A stretch of 64,000 bases of DNA from Schizosaccharomyces osmophilus. Taxonomy: Eukaryota. How positions within the stretch are numbered: position 1 is the first letter of the stretch; each line of letters opens with the position of its first letter. Where the stretch lies: NCBI RefSeq assembly GCF_027921745.1, contig NC_079238.1:558001-622000 (forward strand), given 5' to 3'. Below the pieces are notes generated by a model that searched no databases, was not told the origin of the DNA, and saw nothing but the letters and a program-made list of their open reading frames with translations. This document shows positions 48,211 to 60,853 of the stretch, piece by piece. Made by a program: the position numbers and the translations under genes.

Positions 48211-48414
48211 AGAACAAAAAAACCCTTTTTATCAGTTAAAACGGGCTGGTTTTTACTTTTATTATTTATTTCTTAAAAAAGAAAAAAAATTTGATTGACA
48301 AGTTTCGTGCGGTACAAACTTTCGAATTGCTTGCTCAAGCCTCTAGGAAAATAAAGTTCCTTGTTGCGTTGAGCCAAACACCAGGACAAACTTCACATTT
48401 GCCATTGTGCCGAA

Positions 48415-50936
48415 ATGAAGCCCATAAAGAGCAGGAAAAATACTGGTTTAAAGCTCCCAAGGAGTATATTGGACGAAATTGACAGTAATGGTAAGGAATT
48501 CTTGCTGTATGTCCCATTCTAACAAATATTAGAAGGTGCTTCAAGAAATCAGAAAGGCAAGCGGGAACTGTCTCATAGAGAAAAAAGAAAGCTATCTAGA
48601 AATACAAAAAATGGCTCTATGGATGATCAGCGGCCACGTCGTACACGAAAGGAGGAACGAGAAACCGACGATGCTTTAGACATGCTGTCAGCTTCACAAG
48701 AGCTCCCAAAAAGCAAGAAAGCAAAGAAAGATTCATCTCCTTCATATGAAGACTTTGCTCGTAAGCAGCAACTTGATGCATTAGGAGAGGATGACCGGGA
48801 AATTGCGATGCTAGAAAAGAGACTTGGAATCCGCGGGAAAAAAACTAAGCGCACGTCTCAGGTCGACAAAGAATTTGGATGGATTATAGAGGACTTGGGT
48901 CAAGACTTAAATGATCTTGAAAACGATGGCTTGTTGGCTCCCCATGAAGAGGAGGATGCCGGCGAGGAGTCTGTTGACTTTGAGGAAGAGCCGGAAAGTG
49001 AAGAAAGTTTTCAGGGATTTTCAGAAGAGGAGGATAATCAAGAAAATGAAAATTCAAATGAGGAGCAGGAAGTAGAAAGTGCAAGTGAGGAAGACATGGA
49101 GGAAGAAAAAGGGTTGAAGGAGGATTCTCCTGAAGACGAGCAAGTTCAGCCTCAAGAGGAGCCAAAACGCCAAAATCCTTATCTTCCAGCTGCTTCTTCT
49201 ACACCTTCCACTGGAAAATACATCCCTCCGTCCCTTCGTCAAAAGACTTCTGCAGATGATCAAGGCTCCATCGAGTTGACTCGTCTTCGAAGACGTCTTC
49301 AAGGGTTACTAAACCGTCTTTCCGGTGCTAATGTGGGATCCATCGTTGGAGAAATTGAAGCTATTTATATGGAGAACTCCCGCCATTCAGTAACCGACAC
49401 GCTAACAAAACTTATTCTACAAATTGTTATGGCCAGGGAATCTATGTTGGACCAGCTTGTCATTGTTTACGCCGCACTTTCCACCGCTCTTTATCGTATC
49501 ATCGGTCCCGAATTCGGAGCTTACTTGCTACAATCATTAGTCGATGAATTCTTGCGTCTTTACAAATCGAAGGAGACGGAACCTCTTTCCTCTCACAAAG
49601 AAACGTCTAATTTAATAGTATTTTTCGTGGAGCTCTACAATTTTCAACTTGTTTCTTGTATCTTGGTTTACGACTTTGTTCGCATGTTTTTGAAGTCCTT
49701 GACAGAGCTAAATGTTGAGCTTCTGTTAAAAATCGTACGCAATTGCGGTAATCAGTTGCGAAGTGATGATCCATCTGCTTTGCAAGACATCGTTCAGGAA
49801 ATGAACTTACTATTGAGTACAGCTGATCCAGCGTCTATTTCTGTTAGAACTAAATTCATGGTTGAGTCTATTACGAGCCTCAGAGAGAACAAAAAAGCAA
49901 AAGTCGCCATAGCAAACTCTCAGTTGAAGTCTGAAGCAGTGAATCAACTGAAAAAGTTTTTGGGTTCTCTCAATAATCGATCCCTTCGTGCTACTGAGCC
50001 ATTGCGTGTCAGTATGCAAGACATTGAACAGGTTGAAAGTAAGGGCCGTTGGTGGTTAGTTGGTGCTTCTTGGAAGAGCGATCCTTTGGTTGAGAACAAT
50101 ATTGCATCCTCGTCCTCTAAAATAACAGAAGAAAAAAAGAAGAATGAAGAGCTTCTTGCTCATTCACGGCTTTTGCAAACAGCAAAGAAATTGCGTTTAA
50201 ATACGGGTATTCGAACCTCAATTTTTATTGCTTTGATGGGAGCAGAGGTATGTAATCATCAATAGCTGATATCTTTTAACTAACTTGATTTAGGATTATA
50301 TTGATGCTTGGGACCGGATTCTCAAACTTCGTCTGAAAAAAGTTCAGCAGCCTGAAATTGCATATGTAATATTGCATTGTGCCTCAAATGAAAAAATGTA
50401 TAATCCTTTTTATGCTCTTGTTGCATTAAAGTGCTGTACGCGACAACATAATTTGAAAAAATCTTTCCAATTTTCCTTATGGGATTTCTTTAATGATTTA
50501 CAACCTGAGGATGATGGCGAAGCAATTGAAGTTCCTACGCGAAAGGTTTTCAATTTGGCAAAACTCTACGCCTACTTGCTGATTGAAGGAGGACAACCAT
50601 TAACGATTTTAAAGGTATGTGGACTACGATTTTATGAAGTGTATATAACTAACGTTTCAATAGCACGTCGATTTCATGAGTATGAATTCTCAGTTACAGA
50701 CTTTCATTCTCGTTTTCTTGTCTGATATATTGATCGGAAGTAAGGAAGATATTCAAGTCGTGCAAATTATGGACACATGCAAAACGGAGAAGAATTTGTC
50801 TTCCAAGGTTGATTGGTTTTTGAAGACATACGTGCGCAACAATCCATTGGTAGAAGGAAAAGAAAAATCATTGTTAAAGTCTAATCTTTCAATCGCTAGA
50901 GCTGCTTTACAGACTATTGCTAAAAATGAAGCGTAA
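48415..50936 (+). CDS. sgd1: Nucleolar MIF4G/MA3-domain protein Sgd1/NOM1, 4 exons, 794 aa
   Basis: Exons 48415-48490, 48533-50247, 50294-50614 and 50664-50936 join in frame. KYIPPSLR, GLLNRLS, LRSDDP, KGRWWLVG, EKMYNPFY. Confidence 0.93.
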
Positions 50937-51419
50937 TGCACAAAAGAAAGGTTCATTAAAAAGGATATAATGGGATTCAGGTATATGAAACGGTTAACAA
51001 TTTTGGATATTGAGTAGACAGAATAAAATCAATGGACTGTATAATATAGAAGCAATAGTTTATACATCTTTTGCGATGCTATAGAGAAGGACAAGAAATG
51101 AGAAATAAGAAAAGTCAAAATGTATTAGAAGGATGCAAATATTAACATTATTATTGTATTAATTATTACCAGTATCCTGGTAAACTAATGAACGAAATAT
51201 TAGAGTTGAAGCTATATCGTAACCGAAAAATAAAAAATAATGTAAAGCGTAGTTCCCTGATCTGTTGAAAGATACAGTACAAAATGTCCAAACTTTAAAC
51301 CAAGTTTGCGGAACCAAATGCTTTGCATTAATTCTAAATGTACATATTAATTTGGGTAGCATCGAAACTACAAATCACAATGAAAGGGGAGTAGTTCAGA
51401 TTTCATAGTTTATTTTTTT

Positions 51420-52814
51420 TTACTGAGCGAGAGGGAAACTTTCAGCCCACTCAGCAATATCCTTTTGAAGTTGAACAACTTCGTTAATTTCACTACCCTC
51501 ACCCAACTTAGCCTTGAAATCCTTGAGCTTATTGGCTTCCTTAGGGAGACTCTTTTGCAAGTCAGCAGCAAGGGTGATAGCACGATCAATGTACTCGACA
51601 ACGCGAACGAAGTCTTGTTCTTTGAAGCCACGAGTAGTCATAGCAGGGGTACCGATACGAATACCAGAAGGAGACAAAGCAGATTTGTCAGAGGGCAAAG
51701 TGTTCTTGTTGGTAGCAATGTTGATTAATTCCAAGATACGCTCAGCACGGGCACCGTCAATGCCCTTGCTCTTGACATCAACCAAAACCATATGGCTGTC
51801 AGTACCATCGGCAGCGAGCTTATAACCACGGTTACGGAATTCTTCCTCACAAACCTTAGCGTTCTTAACAACTTGAGCTTGGTATTGCTTATATTCAGGG
51901 GTAAGGCATTGCTTCAAAGCGACAGCCAAAGCAGTAATAGTGTGATTGTGAGGACCACCTTGGTGACCAGGGAAGACAGAGAAGTTGATCTTCTCTTCTA
52001 AATCATAGTAAACAGGGTTGCCCTTCTTATCGTGGTTGCGGAGACCACGACGGAAGAAAATCATAGCACCACGAGGACCACGAAGGGACTTGTGGGTAGT
52101 AGTGGTGACAACATCAGCGTATTCAAAGGGAGAAGGGATAACACCGGCGGAAATAAGACCAGAAATGTGAGCCATGTCAACAACCAAAAAAGCATTGACA
52201 CTGTCAGCAATCTCACGCATACGCTTGTAATCAATGAGACGGCAATAAGCAGAGGTACCAGCGACGATAATCTTGGGACGGTAGAGTTGGGCATTCTTTT
52301 CGAGGGTATCATAGTCAATGATGCCAGTGCTAGGATCAACACGATAAGGCATAGTCTCGAAGTAAGCAGAGACAGCACTGATCTTCTTGGTATCGGTTTG
52401 GTAACCATGGGAAAGATGGCCACCAGAAGGCAAATCAAGTCCCATCAAGCGGCCATGAGGGGGCATAATAGCTTGGTAGACTTGAAGGTTAGCAGGGGAA
52501 CCAGAAAGACATTGAACATTAACACCCCACTTCGAAGAATCAAGATTGAAAGCAGCAAGAGCACGTTCTTGGCAAAGAGTTTCAATTTGATCAATGTACT
52601 TGTTACCACCATAGTAACGATGACCGGGGTAACCTTCAGAGTATTTGTTGCTCATAACACTACCAAGAGCATCCATAACAGCACGAGAAGTAAAGTTTTC
52701 AGATGCAATGAGCACAATGGAAGAACGCTGGCGTCCAGCCTCATGCTTCATAATTTCTGCAACGGTAGGATCTTGCTCCTTGAGGTGAGTCAACATAATA
52801 TCAGGGGAAGCCAT
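51420..52814 (-). CDS. shm1: Serine hydroxymethyltransferase, cytosolic type
   Basis: [26 protein letters not shown] lysine in [13 protein letters not shown]; no presequence. shm1 versus shm2 naming is from memory. Confidence 0.95.
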   Translation of the reverse strand: MASPDIMLTHLKEQDPTVAEIMKHEAGRQRSSIVLIASENFTSRAVMDALGSVMSNKYSEGYPGHRYYGGNKYIDQIETLCQERALAAFNLDSSKWGVNVQCLSGSPANLQVYQAIMPPHGRLMGLDLPSGGHLSHGYQTDTKKISAVSAYFETMPYRVDPSTGIIDYDTLEKNAQLYRPKIIVAGTSAYCRLIDYKRMREIADSVNAFLVVDMAHISGLISAGVIPSPFEYADVVTTTTHKSLRGPRGAMIFFRRGLRNHDKKGNPVYYDLEEKINFSVFPGHQGGPHNHTITALAVALKQCLTPEYKQYQAQVVKNAKVCEEEFRNRGYKLAADGTDSHMVLVDVKSKGIDGARAERILELINIATNKNTLPSDKSALSPSGIRIGTPAMTTRGFKEQDFVRVVEYIDRAITLAADLQKSLPKEANKLKDFKAKLGEGSEINEVVQLQKDIAEWAESFPLAQ

Positions 52815-53803
52815 TGTAAATGTGGTTTGAATGTAAGAAGGTTCGTCCCAACGAATTGAAAATTAAGCTGCTGATTGCAAGCAGAACGGTCAAAGACTTA
52901 TGTTGTGCAATTGACAATGACCCAAGTTTCAATAAATATGATACTCAAAAAGTGACTGCTTTCTTCCGGAGATGTAATTTCGATTATTTGGTAAAGTTAT
53001 CTAAGCGAAGAGAAGCAGACGTAAGGAGATGACAGGGAAATAAAAATTTTCTTGGATTGAAATGAGATGAATGAACCTATCAGAGTGCAAATTTTTTCAA
53101 TCGTAGTTCTCATTTGTTCTGTTGCTGATAGAGGAACATGGAGGAATTCCTTTTTAGATGAATCCATGACTTTTGCCATCTCGTCATGATTGATCCTCCA
53201 ACAGAATTAAAGTAAAAATTTACAAGAGTGTAAAATTTTAGCAGTGTTGAAGTAGTTTTTATCTTCTTTACTTCCTAGGTCGGTTTGATTTGAATTAGCG
53301 TACCTTATTTCACTTGATAAAAGGATTTTGAGTTGCGTTTTCATAGGAACTGACCTAAAGGTTTTATGCTTGCAAGGAAAGAAAAAAGTAACCTTGGAAA
53401 TAACATACGTTTGATATTGTTTCAAAAGATAGTTTTCTTAGGTTTACCGAGGCTCTCTTTTATGAGATTTCTTGTATACATGGTTTCCTCAATTAAACAA
53501 TTCAACACAATCCAATGCCGTGACGAAGGACGACCACGGAAACATATTTCACAGAAAAAGTATTAAATGTTGATGCTAGATACTAGAAACAGAAGAAGAA
53601 TCAAATGCATATAAAAAAGAGAGGGGATTCTCACACCTTTCACCAGTGTCTAACAGAATAGGTAAATATAAAACACGGGGAATAGCGTATCATGTGTTTT
53701 TGCTAGAATAAACAGAGATTCCTGGTTTGACGAATAAAACAGCTGGTCTTGTGATAAGCATCATTGAATAGAGCCATTCTTAAAATTAAGGTGAAATAGC
53801 TCA

Positions 53804-54164
53804 TCAAAGTAGTTTTCCTAAACGAGCCAAGTGATAGTTGATGGTGTTTTCTGACTTTTGTTTACCATGCTAAAATACGACGTTAGACATAAAACTGCAC
53901 GAATGCATATATGAATAGAAAAAAGAAAAATCCACATATATATTGCTTTTCGTAAAAACTTACCTGACTCTTCATACAGTTCTCTAAAGACGCAGCAACC
54001 TTTAAACACTGAGAAGAATTCGTGTTACCGCCGTTGTTTTGCCAGCAACCCAAAAGTGCAGCCATTTCTTGACTACAAGGAATAGCTTGTTTTTCTTTTT
54101 TTGGACGCACGCGAAGCCGACTCAGTCCTTGCAACCGAGGTGCGTTTACCACTTTTCTCGACAT
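53804..54164 (-). CDS. mrp10: Mitochondrial ribosomal protein mS37 (twin CX9C), 88 aa
   Basis: Exons 54164-53964 and 53869-53804. RLRVRP, two CX9C motifs, TINYHLARL. Confidence 0.93.
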
Positions 54165-54699
54165 TTTCGCTTTTCCGCTCTTTCTCTCTTCACTGAAGAG
54201 TATAGACTATCAATTAATAAAATTAACAAAATATGTCCAAATAGAGTATAGAAAAAGGCTATCTAACGCGTCCTTGAACACTTCAACAAAAGTAGTAGTA
54301 TTGTCAAGCTGAAAGACTCAAAAGCTTTCGAATTACCATTCGACGTTACAATATCGAAAGTTCAAATAACATAATACACTGATTGCAATAAGTAAATTAC
54401 AGAGGTACGCAAGGTTATGTTACAGTACTATAATCAACATGAGCTAAGCTGTCTTACCAAGCAAATCATCTTTTTCTTTCTTCGAAAACTTCAGATTTTC
54501 AATAATTGCTAAACAATTTGGTGAATCTGTCGTTTCAGCTTTCTATATCGCTCATCTTATCAAAGTTTTAACCTTGGACACTTCCTTCCTTTACGTATAT
54601 TGAGTGACCACAGGCTAAAAAGGTACAGTACCTGGATTTTTCTAAACGATCCCTACTAGTCATCGGCTTCGGCTTTTCCATTTTTCTTTTCAATTTAAT

Positions 54700-55680
54700 A
54701 TGTCGAATCTTCGCCTTCGGTTGAAGTATATGGACAAGTCTTCAGTTGCAACCATTCCTAATGATGCTTCCGTACAAAGCTTCTTGGAAACTGCAGCGGC
54801 TACATTCTCTCTTGCTCCAGATTCCATTTCTATAAAGCTTGGATTTCCTCCAAAAGATCTCCCTTTAAATGATATGGGGTCACCTATTTCAAGTTTGATC
54901 TCGTCTGGACAACAGATCCTTGTCGTCAAATCTCCGTCAGCTACAAAAAACCAGGTCACTCCAGCTCCCAGCATTCCTCAAGCTGTCTCCAAACCTACCG
55001 AAAGTTCCTCCAATGCATCAACCATGCCAAGTACGCGCAATTCCACCAGTGGCTCTCAGGATCCTCCATACGTGAATACGCCACTTGGTGACATGGCCCT
55101 TCGAGTTATGCCAGATGATAACTCTTGTCTTTTTCGCGCCTTATCAAAGCCCTTGGGATTCTCTCCTTACGACCTTCGAGAAGTGGTCGCCAGCACAATA
55201 TTATCCAACCCCGAGTTATACTCTACAGCTGTTTTGGGTAAACCTCCTATCGAATATGCTGCTTGGATTCGTAAAGAGTCAAGTTGGGGTGGCTATATTG
55301 AGCTTTCCGTTCTATCCTCCCATTTCGACTTAGAAATCTGCTCCGTTGATGTCCAAACTGGTCGTGTCGATTCTTACAATCCTCAACCAGCCACAGGTCA
55401 GCGGACTTTTATTGTTTATTCCGGTATCCATTACGATTTAGCAGCTTTGGCTTCCGTACTTTGGGATACGGATGCCGATATTGTTTTGTTTGATGCTTCA
55501 GATGATACAACATTACCCTACATACAACAACTGTCGTCCTATTTGAAAAATATGCATTACTACACAGATACTGCATCCTTTACGATTCGCTGTAATACTT
55601 GTGGTGCTGGTTTGGTAGGCGAAAAAGACGCTTCTGCACATGCTATGACTACTGGTCATGTTCAATTCGGCGAATATTAA
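54700..55680 (+). CDS. otu1: OTU deubiquitinase Otu1 (UBXL-OTU-C2H2)
   Basis: GFPPK, MPDDNSCLFRAL, WGGYIEL, YSGIHYD, C-terminal zinc finger CNTC..HAMTTGH. Confidence 0.96.
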   Translation: MSNLRLRLKYMDKSSVATIPNDASVQSFLETAAATFSLAPDSISIKLGFPPKDLPLNDMGSPISSLISSGQQILVVKSPSATKNQVTPAPSIPQAVSKPTESSSNASTMPSTRNSTSGSQDPPYVNTPLGDMALRVMPDDNSCLFRALSKPLGFSPYDLREVVASTILSNPELYSTAVLGKPPIEYAAWIRKESSWGGYIELSVLSSHFDLEICSVDVQTGRVDSYNPQPATGQRTFIVYSGIHYDLAALASVLWDTDADIVLFDASDDTTLPYIQQLSSYLKNMHYYTDTASFTIRCNTCGAGLVGEKDASAHAMTTGHVQFGEY

Positions 55681-55882
55681 ATGCTGAATCCATACCTAGT
55701 CTAACGATATTCATTTATGATTTATAAGTTATTAATGATCCTGTGATGACGGGCGTACGTAACCTGAAAAAGTATCCTCTATAAAATACTATTATACTTT
55801 TTATGATTCATGAATAAAGTTAGGCAAGTACAAGATGTGACCAATTATTTCAGCGAGTAAACAGTATGGGAGAGTACTTTGT

Positions 55883-57622
55883 CTATATAATTAGACCTGC
55901 CTTTCGGATTTTGTCAGGTCCAATCTCCTTAATTAAACGATTCTTTTCTTCTTCCAAGCTAACCACTCGTTTCTTAAGGGCATGCTTATAATCCTTGTGG
56001 TGCGTACGCAAATGCTTTTCCATAAGTTCAAGGCTGTTTTCTTTTTCTTTGAATTGGGATTTCAAGCCTTTCGTCAATGCATCCTCAACCAGTTGTATTT
56101 GCTTTTGAACATATTGCTTATTGATTTCCTCGGCACTGTAGATTTGTTAGCTAAATGCAATCGACTATACAATGTAGGGACAAACCTAATATACTTGAAC
56201 TCGGATTGCTCATCCAGTGTTGCTTGTTTCTCTTGGCGAAAAGTGTCATAAATGAGGCGATGAGTTTTGTTGCGTAGTCCCTCATTATGCGTGTACAATA
56301 AGAAGTTTCGAAGTTGGCAGAAATCGGTTTGTTCAGGGTCATCGATGTCGACGGTTCCCCAAGGATATTGTCTACCTCGAATAGACTTTCCGTCTTTGTT
56401 GAGGTATTGGTTAGATCCGACAATAGCAAATGGAAGGAGCTGCTTTAGCTTCTTTTCAGTATCGGTGTAGTCTGAAAAAGAGTATATCTTTTCCGAAACC
56501 ATATCTTCCGCAATACGCTCTTTAAATCTCATTAATTCATCAGGAGTCATAGTATCAGCTTTTCCAATAATTGGGATGACATTTACAAAACGGTCGATCT
56601 TTTTCATCAGATAGCTTTCAAGCGGTTGAAGTCGATGTCCATTGGGATTCAAGAAAAAAAGACAAGCATGCATTCTGTTATCATTGTGGTAAGGATTTCT
56701 CTGGGGCTTCGTTTCATTCTCAAAGAATTCGTTCAAGCGTTGTAGAATGTTTGCTGCGATAGGTCGCCAACTGAAGTTTATATGTTAGATTTCTTATGAT
56801 ATATATAGAGGCTACTTACCAATTGCTGTTGTCGCTTTTTTCGCCGAACCCAGGTGTATCAACGATATTGACATGAAAAAGCTGGTCTCCATCCGAAAGC
56901 TTTGCTTTATACTGAGTAAATTCATGCGTATGTTTGGGCCTTGTGGCATCCATGTCTTGCAAGAAGGACTTGATGAAGGTGGTTTTTCCTAGACTGTATT
57001 CTCCAACAACGATTAAGTTCAAAGGAATACCGTCCTTACATGTCTTTCTGTAATATTGTTGATTGAAGTCATTAATTCCTATATGATTAGAGGGAACGAG
57101 GATGTTGTTGAGTGCCATTTCCTTTCTCAGGGATTTGGTAGATTTCATGGATTTCGAGTTCTTTATTTGTGTTCCTGAGAGAGATGGTGTTTCCGTTTCA
57201 CACTTTTTGGAATTTAGATTTTCAGAAGTGTCCTTTTTGTTTTCATTTTCGTCTTTGTCTTTGTCTTTGTCTTCGTTTTCGTTTTGATATTGATTTTCGT
57301 TCTGATATTGATTTTCATTTTCATTTTCATTTTCGTTCTCGTTCTCGTTCTCGTTCTCGTTCTCGTTCTCGTCCTCACTCTCAGTCTCAGTCTCCTTCTC
57401 ATTTTCGTCTACATCAGGTTCCAGAGATAAATCTTGCATTTTATCCATGGGTGTGTCTGTCAATTCTGAGATTGCAATAGAAGGGCCGAGATGATCGGTA
57501 TCGATTTCTTGCTCCTTGTCAGGAAAGGTACTACTCACAACTTGTTCGTCGTTAAAAACAGCATTCATCTTCTTGCTGTCTCTAGGAGCTTCGAAAGAAG
57601 GCGATATGGGAGTATCTGACAT
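55883..57622 (-). CDS. spn5: Sporulation-specific septin, 3 exons, 543 aa
   Basis: Exons 57622-56820, 56770-56195 and 56135-55883 join in frame. P-loop GEYSLGKT, DTPGFG, IGKAD, PFAIVGS, RGRQYPWG, C-terminal coiled coil. Confidence 0.92.
57240..57395 (-). repeat. Coding hexanucleotide microsatellite in spn5 encoding (EN)n, QYQNEN and (DK)n
   Basis: (GTTCTC)6 at 57335-57370 on +, with adjacent TTTTCA and GTCTTT arrays. Confidence 0.92.
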
Positions 57623-57795
57623 GTTGAGAATTCTGTTAACCCAGTGATGTGCTATGAAGAAATAGCTGAATTTATTCTTGAATATGAATTTGCAAGTGGT
57701 TTTCGGCCTGTTTTTACAAGTAAAACAGGAATTTCGCAAACAAGTGTTGAGTTTCTGGTAATTGTTTAATGGAAAACATTCCCGAAGTGGAATTT

Positions 57796-57840
57796 GTAAA
57801 CAACACCCATGGTTTGTTTACTTTTCCCATGTTTGTTTAC
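57796..57840. promoter_or_regulatory. Triple FLEX (GTAAACA) cluster upstream of spn5
   Basis: GTAAACA at 57796, TGTTTAC at 57815 and 57834; the last reads as the full GTAAACAAACA on the minus strand. Confidence 0.85.
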
Positions 57841-58474
57841 ATGATTGCAATTACTACTACAATTGACCAATCTATACCACACCTGAAGTGGCGAAACCTA
57901 TATTTTGCTGAATCAATACGACTTTGAGGATGAAATAAACGAAGTTTTTAGAAAGGACAATCATGGACAAGATCCAATAGAAACTGAGGGTGTTTAGGAA
58001 TGTTTCATGTACCTAGAACCCATTGTTTGGAAAAATATTTTCAAACCACCCAAGTACTACTCATGGTCAAGTGAATGAAACCTATACAAACGAATTTCCT
58101 TCTTTTTCTTTAGCCATTGTTCTGTTTCTACACGGGAACCGAATAAACCTACATAATGCTCTAGTGGCGTAAATGAACAGACTCGCCTCATTCTTTAGCT
58201 TATTTTTTGACTACAAGTTAAGCAAAAAAATTATTAGGCTAATTATTGCAAGGACAAATTAGGATGCTCAAAATTATCATAATTACGCAACATGACTGGA
58301 AGTCAGCGAAGGGGCAATTCACATATTATTGCTAAATTAGTAATATTGAGCGACGAAATACCTCTTTTATTTATAGTTTGTTGTGCAGACAACCTATATC
58401 TTTGGCACTTAGAGTAAATCTTGCTGGTACGCTGATATTTGATATTTCGAAAATTTGACCATCCTCATATTACT

Positions 58475-60853
58475 ATGGGGACCCAGCTTCGTCTAGACCC
58501 TGAACGGAAGAATTGGTTGAGCCATGGCCCTTCTGATCCTGAAGAAAGAGATCAAGAATGTGCTCAACCTTTGTTTAATAGATCGTATGTGCCGAATCCT
58601 CAGTTTCACAGCGCACATAATCCAAAAAAAAATGAACCGATACAGGAAAACTCAAATTCTTATCAGCCACAGGGAGATTCAACCCATCATCGAACTGCAT
58701 CCAGTCCTTCACGACGCAGACATTCCATTGGTTTCAAGTTAAATCATGGTAATCGACCCAAATCTCTGTCGGTTGCTAGAAATCAAAAAAATTCACAAAC
58801 GCCTCAGAATCATCCTGTTCCAGTAAAGAAGGATTCCCTTTTTGATGGAGCTTCTTTGTCAAATAATTCAAGTAAAAGCATAAGAACAACCAATGTTCAG
58901 TCTAATCTTCTCTCTCCTGGCCAGTTATCGCCCGTGAACAGTTTTGACTTGGAAAATCCGTTCATGTCTGATCGATCTTCTATAAGTAGTATGTCAAGCA
59001 ATACGTTGATGCAGTCCAAGAGTAGATATTCCAGTGAAAAAATGACGGGATCGTCCTCACCCACAAAAGAACATGTTCCAAAAATTACGCTTAATACTCC
59101 TGATCTTAAACCTGTACCTTCAACAGCATCTACGCGTCTCGTCCAAATGCGCCATCATGCTTACACTCACAGCGACGTTACTGATAGAACCCTATTGACC
59201 TGCGAAACGTACATTCCCCTTGAAGAGCAAGGGTTCCTTGGAAGATTTCTATCCTTATTCTTAAACGTTGATGTAAGTGCCTATGTGGTTCCCATCGATA
59301 GCTCTGTTGATCGTTACGGAAAAACATTGGGAAGCGTTCTTTCTCGTCTTAGAACGGAGGAATCAAACGACATTGAAAAAAGTAAATTTGGCGAGCTAAA
59401 TACTACGTCTTCATTTGATAAAGGGAAGATCTATCTTGGTGGCATATTATATAAACTGGGTTGGTCAAAATTGTACGTGGACGATCAATTTCGAATTACC
59501 ATTCATCCATCTCCTCTTAGTAAACGATGCGAGTTTATACTTTGCTTGTGTGAAACACTAATGCTGTATGGGTGTCCAAGCCATAAAATACTGCGAAATC
59601 TTCGAGTAGCTTCTCGCATTTTAAGTCTACGTGCAAATTTTCTTTACCTTCCTGACTGTATGCTTATTTATTTTAGGACTGAAAAGGGACACTCAGATAT
59701 GCACTTTATAGGAATTACATCACAGATTGATTTGAATAAACTTGGTTTGGTTAATGAAATTTACCGTTATGTGATGCGGGATAAACTAAGTGCTGAGGAT
59801 GGTTTGGACATTTTGAGAACAATCATAACTTTTCGGCCACTTTATCGAAAATGGTTGGTTGCTTTTATGCATGGTCTCGCCAGTGCTTGTATCTTGCCTG
59901 TAGCCTATGGTGGAGGATGGTATGATATGCCGTTAGGATTTTTGTTGGGACTGCTATTAGGGATTCTACGAGTGTATCTTGCTCCTCGATCATCCTTGTT
60001 TGACAGACTGTTTGAGGTTTTTGGAGCTGTTGTTTTGTCATTTATAGGGCGGGCATTTGGAAGTATCAGCAAAAATGGAAGACCCGTATTCTGTTTTACA
60101 GCTTTGGTCGAGGGCGCTGTTTCTCTAGTTTTACCAGGTTATATTATTTTTTGCGGAGTGCTGGAATTACAATCCAAAAACATAGTTTCCGGAGGAGTTC
60201 GCATGCTCTATGCTGTCATCTTTTCATTGTTTTTGAGTTTTGGTATTACAATTGGGGCTGTTCTGTATGGTTGGATGGATAGTAACGCTACGAGGAATTA
60301 TTCGTGTTTAAAAGATATAGGGATTGAAAAAAAATGGTATGTTCTTTTTATACCTTTGTATACACTTTCTTTGTTGTTCGTTACGCAATCGCATCCCAAG
60401 CAGTGGTGTATGCAGATATTAGTATCTATCATCGGTTATGTTGTATATTTTTATTCTTCATTACATTTTGGTACAGGTCAGATATCTAGCGCACTTGGCT
60501 CTTTTGTGATTGGATGTTTGGGTAATTTATATTCACACTTTATCAAGTCTTCTTCTTTTGTCGTTGTAATACCTGCCATATTCGTGCTAGTTCCCTCGGG
60601 TTTCACTGCTCAAGGAGGTGTGAGTGGTGGTTTATACACGGCAACTAATATTGCAAGTCATAATACAACGACAAATACGACTGCATACTCTCAATCCATC
60701 AGTCAGCATAGCAGCTTGGAATTTGGGCTTACAATGGTTGAAATTGCTATAGGAATTGCTGTCGGATTCTTTGCTAGTTCAATTATAACCTATCCGATTT
60801 TTGGGGCCTTTGCTAGAGCTCAAGCTCGAAACAAACATCTTGAAAGTATTTGA
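58475..60853 (+). CDS. ThrE/DUF1212-family multi-pass membrane protein (Prm10-like, SPAC16A10.01-like)
   Basis: ATG at 58475. Disordered Ser-rich N-terminus, LMLYGCPSH, LVLPGY...LELQSKNIVSGGVRM, PAIFVLVPSG, about 10 TMs. Confidence 0.88.
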   Translation: MGTQLRLDPERKNWLSHGPSDPEERDQECAQPLFNRSYVPNPQFHSAHNPKKNEPIQENSNSYQPQGDSTHHRTASSPSRRRHSIGFKLNHGNRPKSLSVARNQKNSQTPQNHPVPVKKDSLFDGASLSNNSSKSIRTTNVQSNLLSPGQLSPVNSFDLENPFMSDRSSISSMSSNTLMQSKSRYSSEKMTGSSSPTKEHVPKITLNTPDLKPVPSTASTRLVQMRHHAYTHSDVTDRTLLTCETYIPLEEQGFLGRFLSLFLNVDVSAYVVPIDSSVDRYGKTLGSVLSRLRTEESNDIEKSKFGELNTTSSFDKGKIYLGGILYKLGWSKLYVDDQFRITIHPSPLSKRCEFILCLCETLMLYGCPSHKILRNLRVASRILSLRANFLYLPDCMLIYFRTEKGHSDMHFIGITSQIDLNKLGLVNEIYRYVMRDKLSAEDGLDILRTIITFRPLYRKWLVAFMHGLASACILPVAYGGGWYDMPLGFLLGLLLGILRVYLAPRSSLFDRLFEVFGAVVLSFIGRAFGSISKNGRPVFCFTALVEGAVSLVLPGYIIFCGVLELQSKNIVSGGVRMLYAVIFSLFLSFGITIGAVLYGWMDSNATRNYSCLKDIGIEKKWYVLFIPLYTLSLLFVTQSHPKQWCMQILVSIIGYVVYFYSSLHFGTGQISSALGSFVIGCLGNLYSHFIKSSSFVVVIPAIFVLVPSGFTAQGGVSGGLYTATNIASHNTTTNTTAYSQSISQHSSLEFGLTMVEIAIGIAVGFFASSIITYPIFGAFARAQARNKHLESI

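Noticed and set aside
51465..52859. Antisense ORFs over SHMT (up to 275 aa); similar ones over rps10 and mvd1
   Set aside because: Same codon-bias shadow effect in highly expressed genes.
57102..57480. RS-, RT- and KT-repeat ORFs
   Set aside because: Alternative frames of the spn5 microsatellite.
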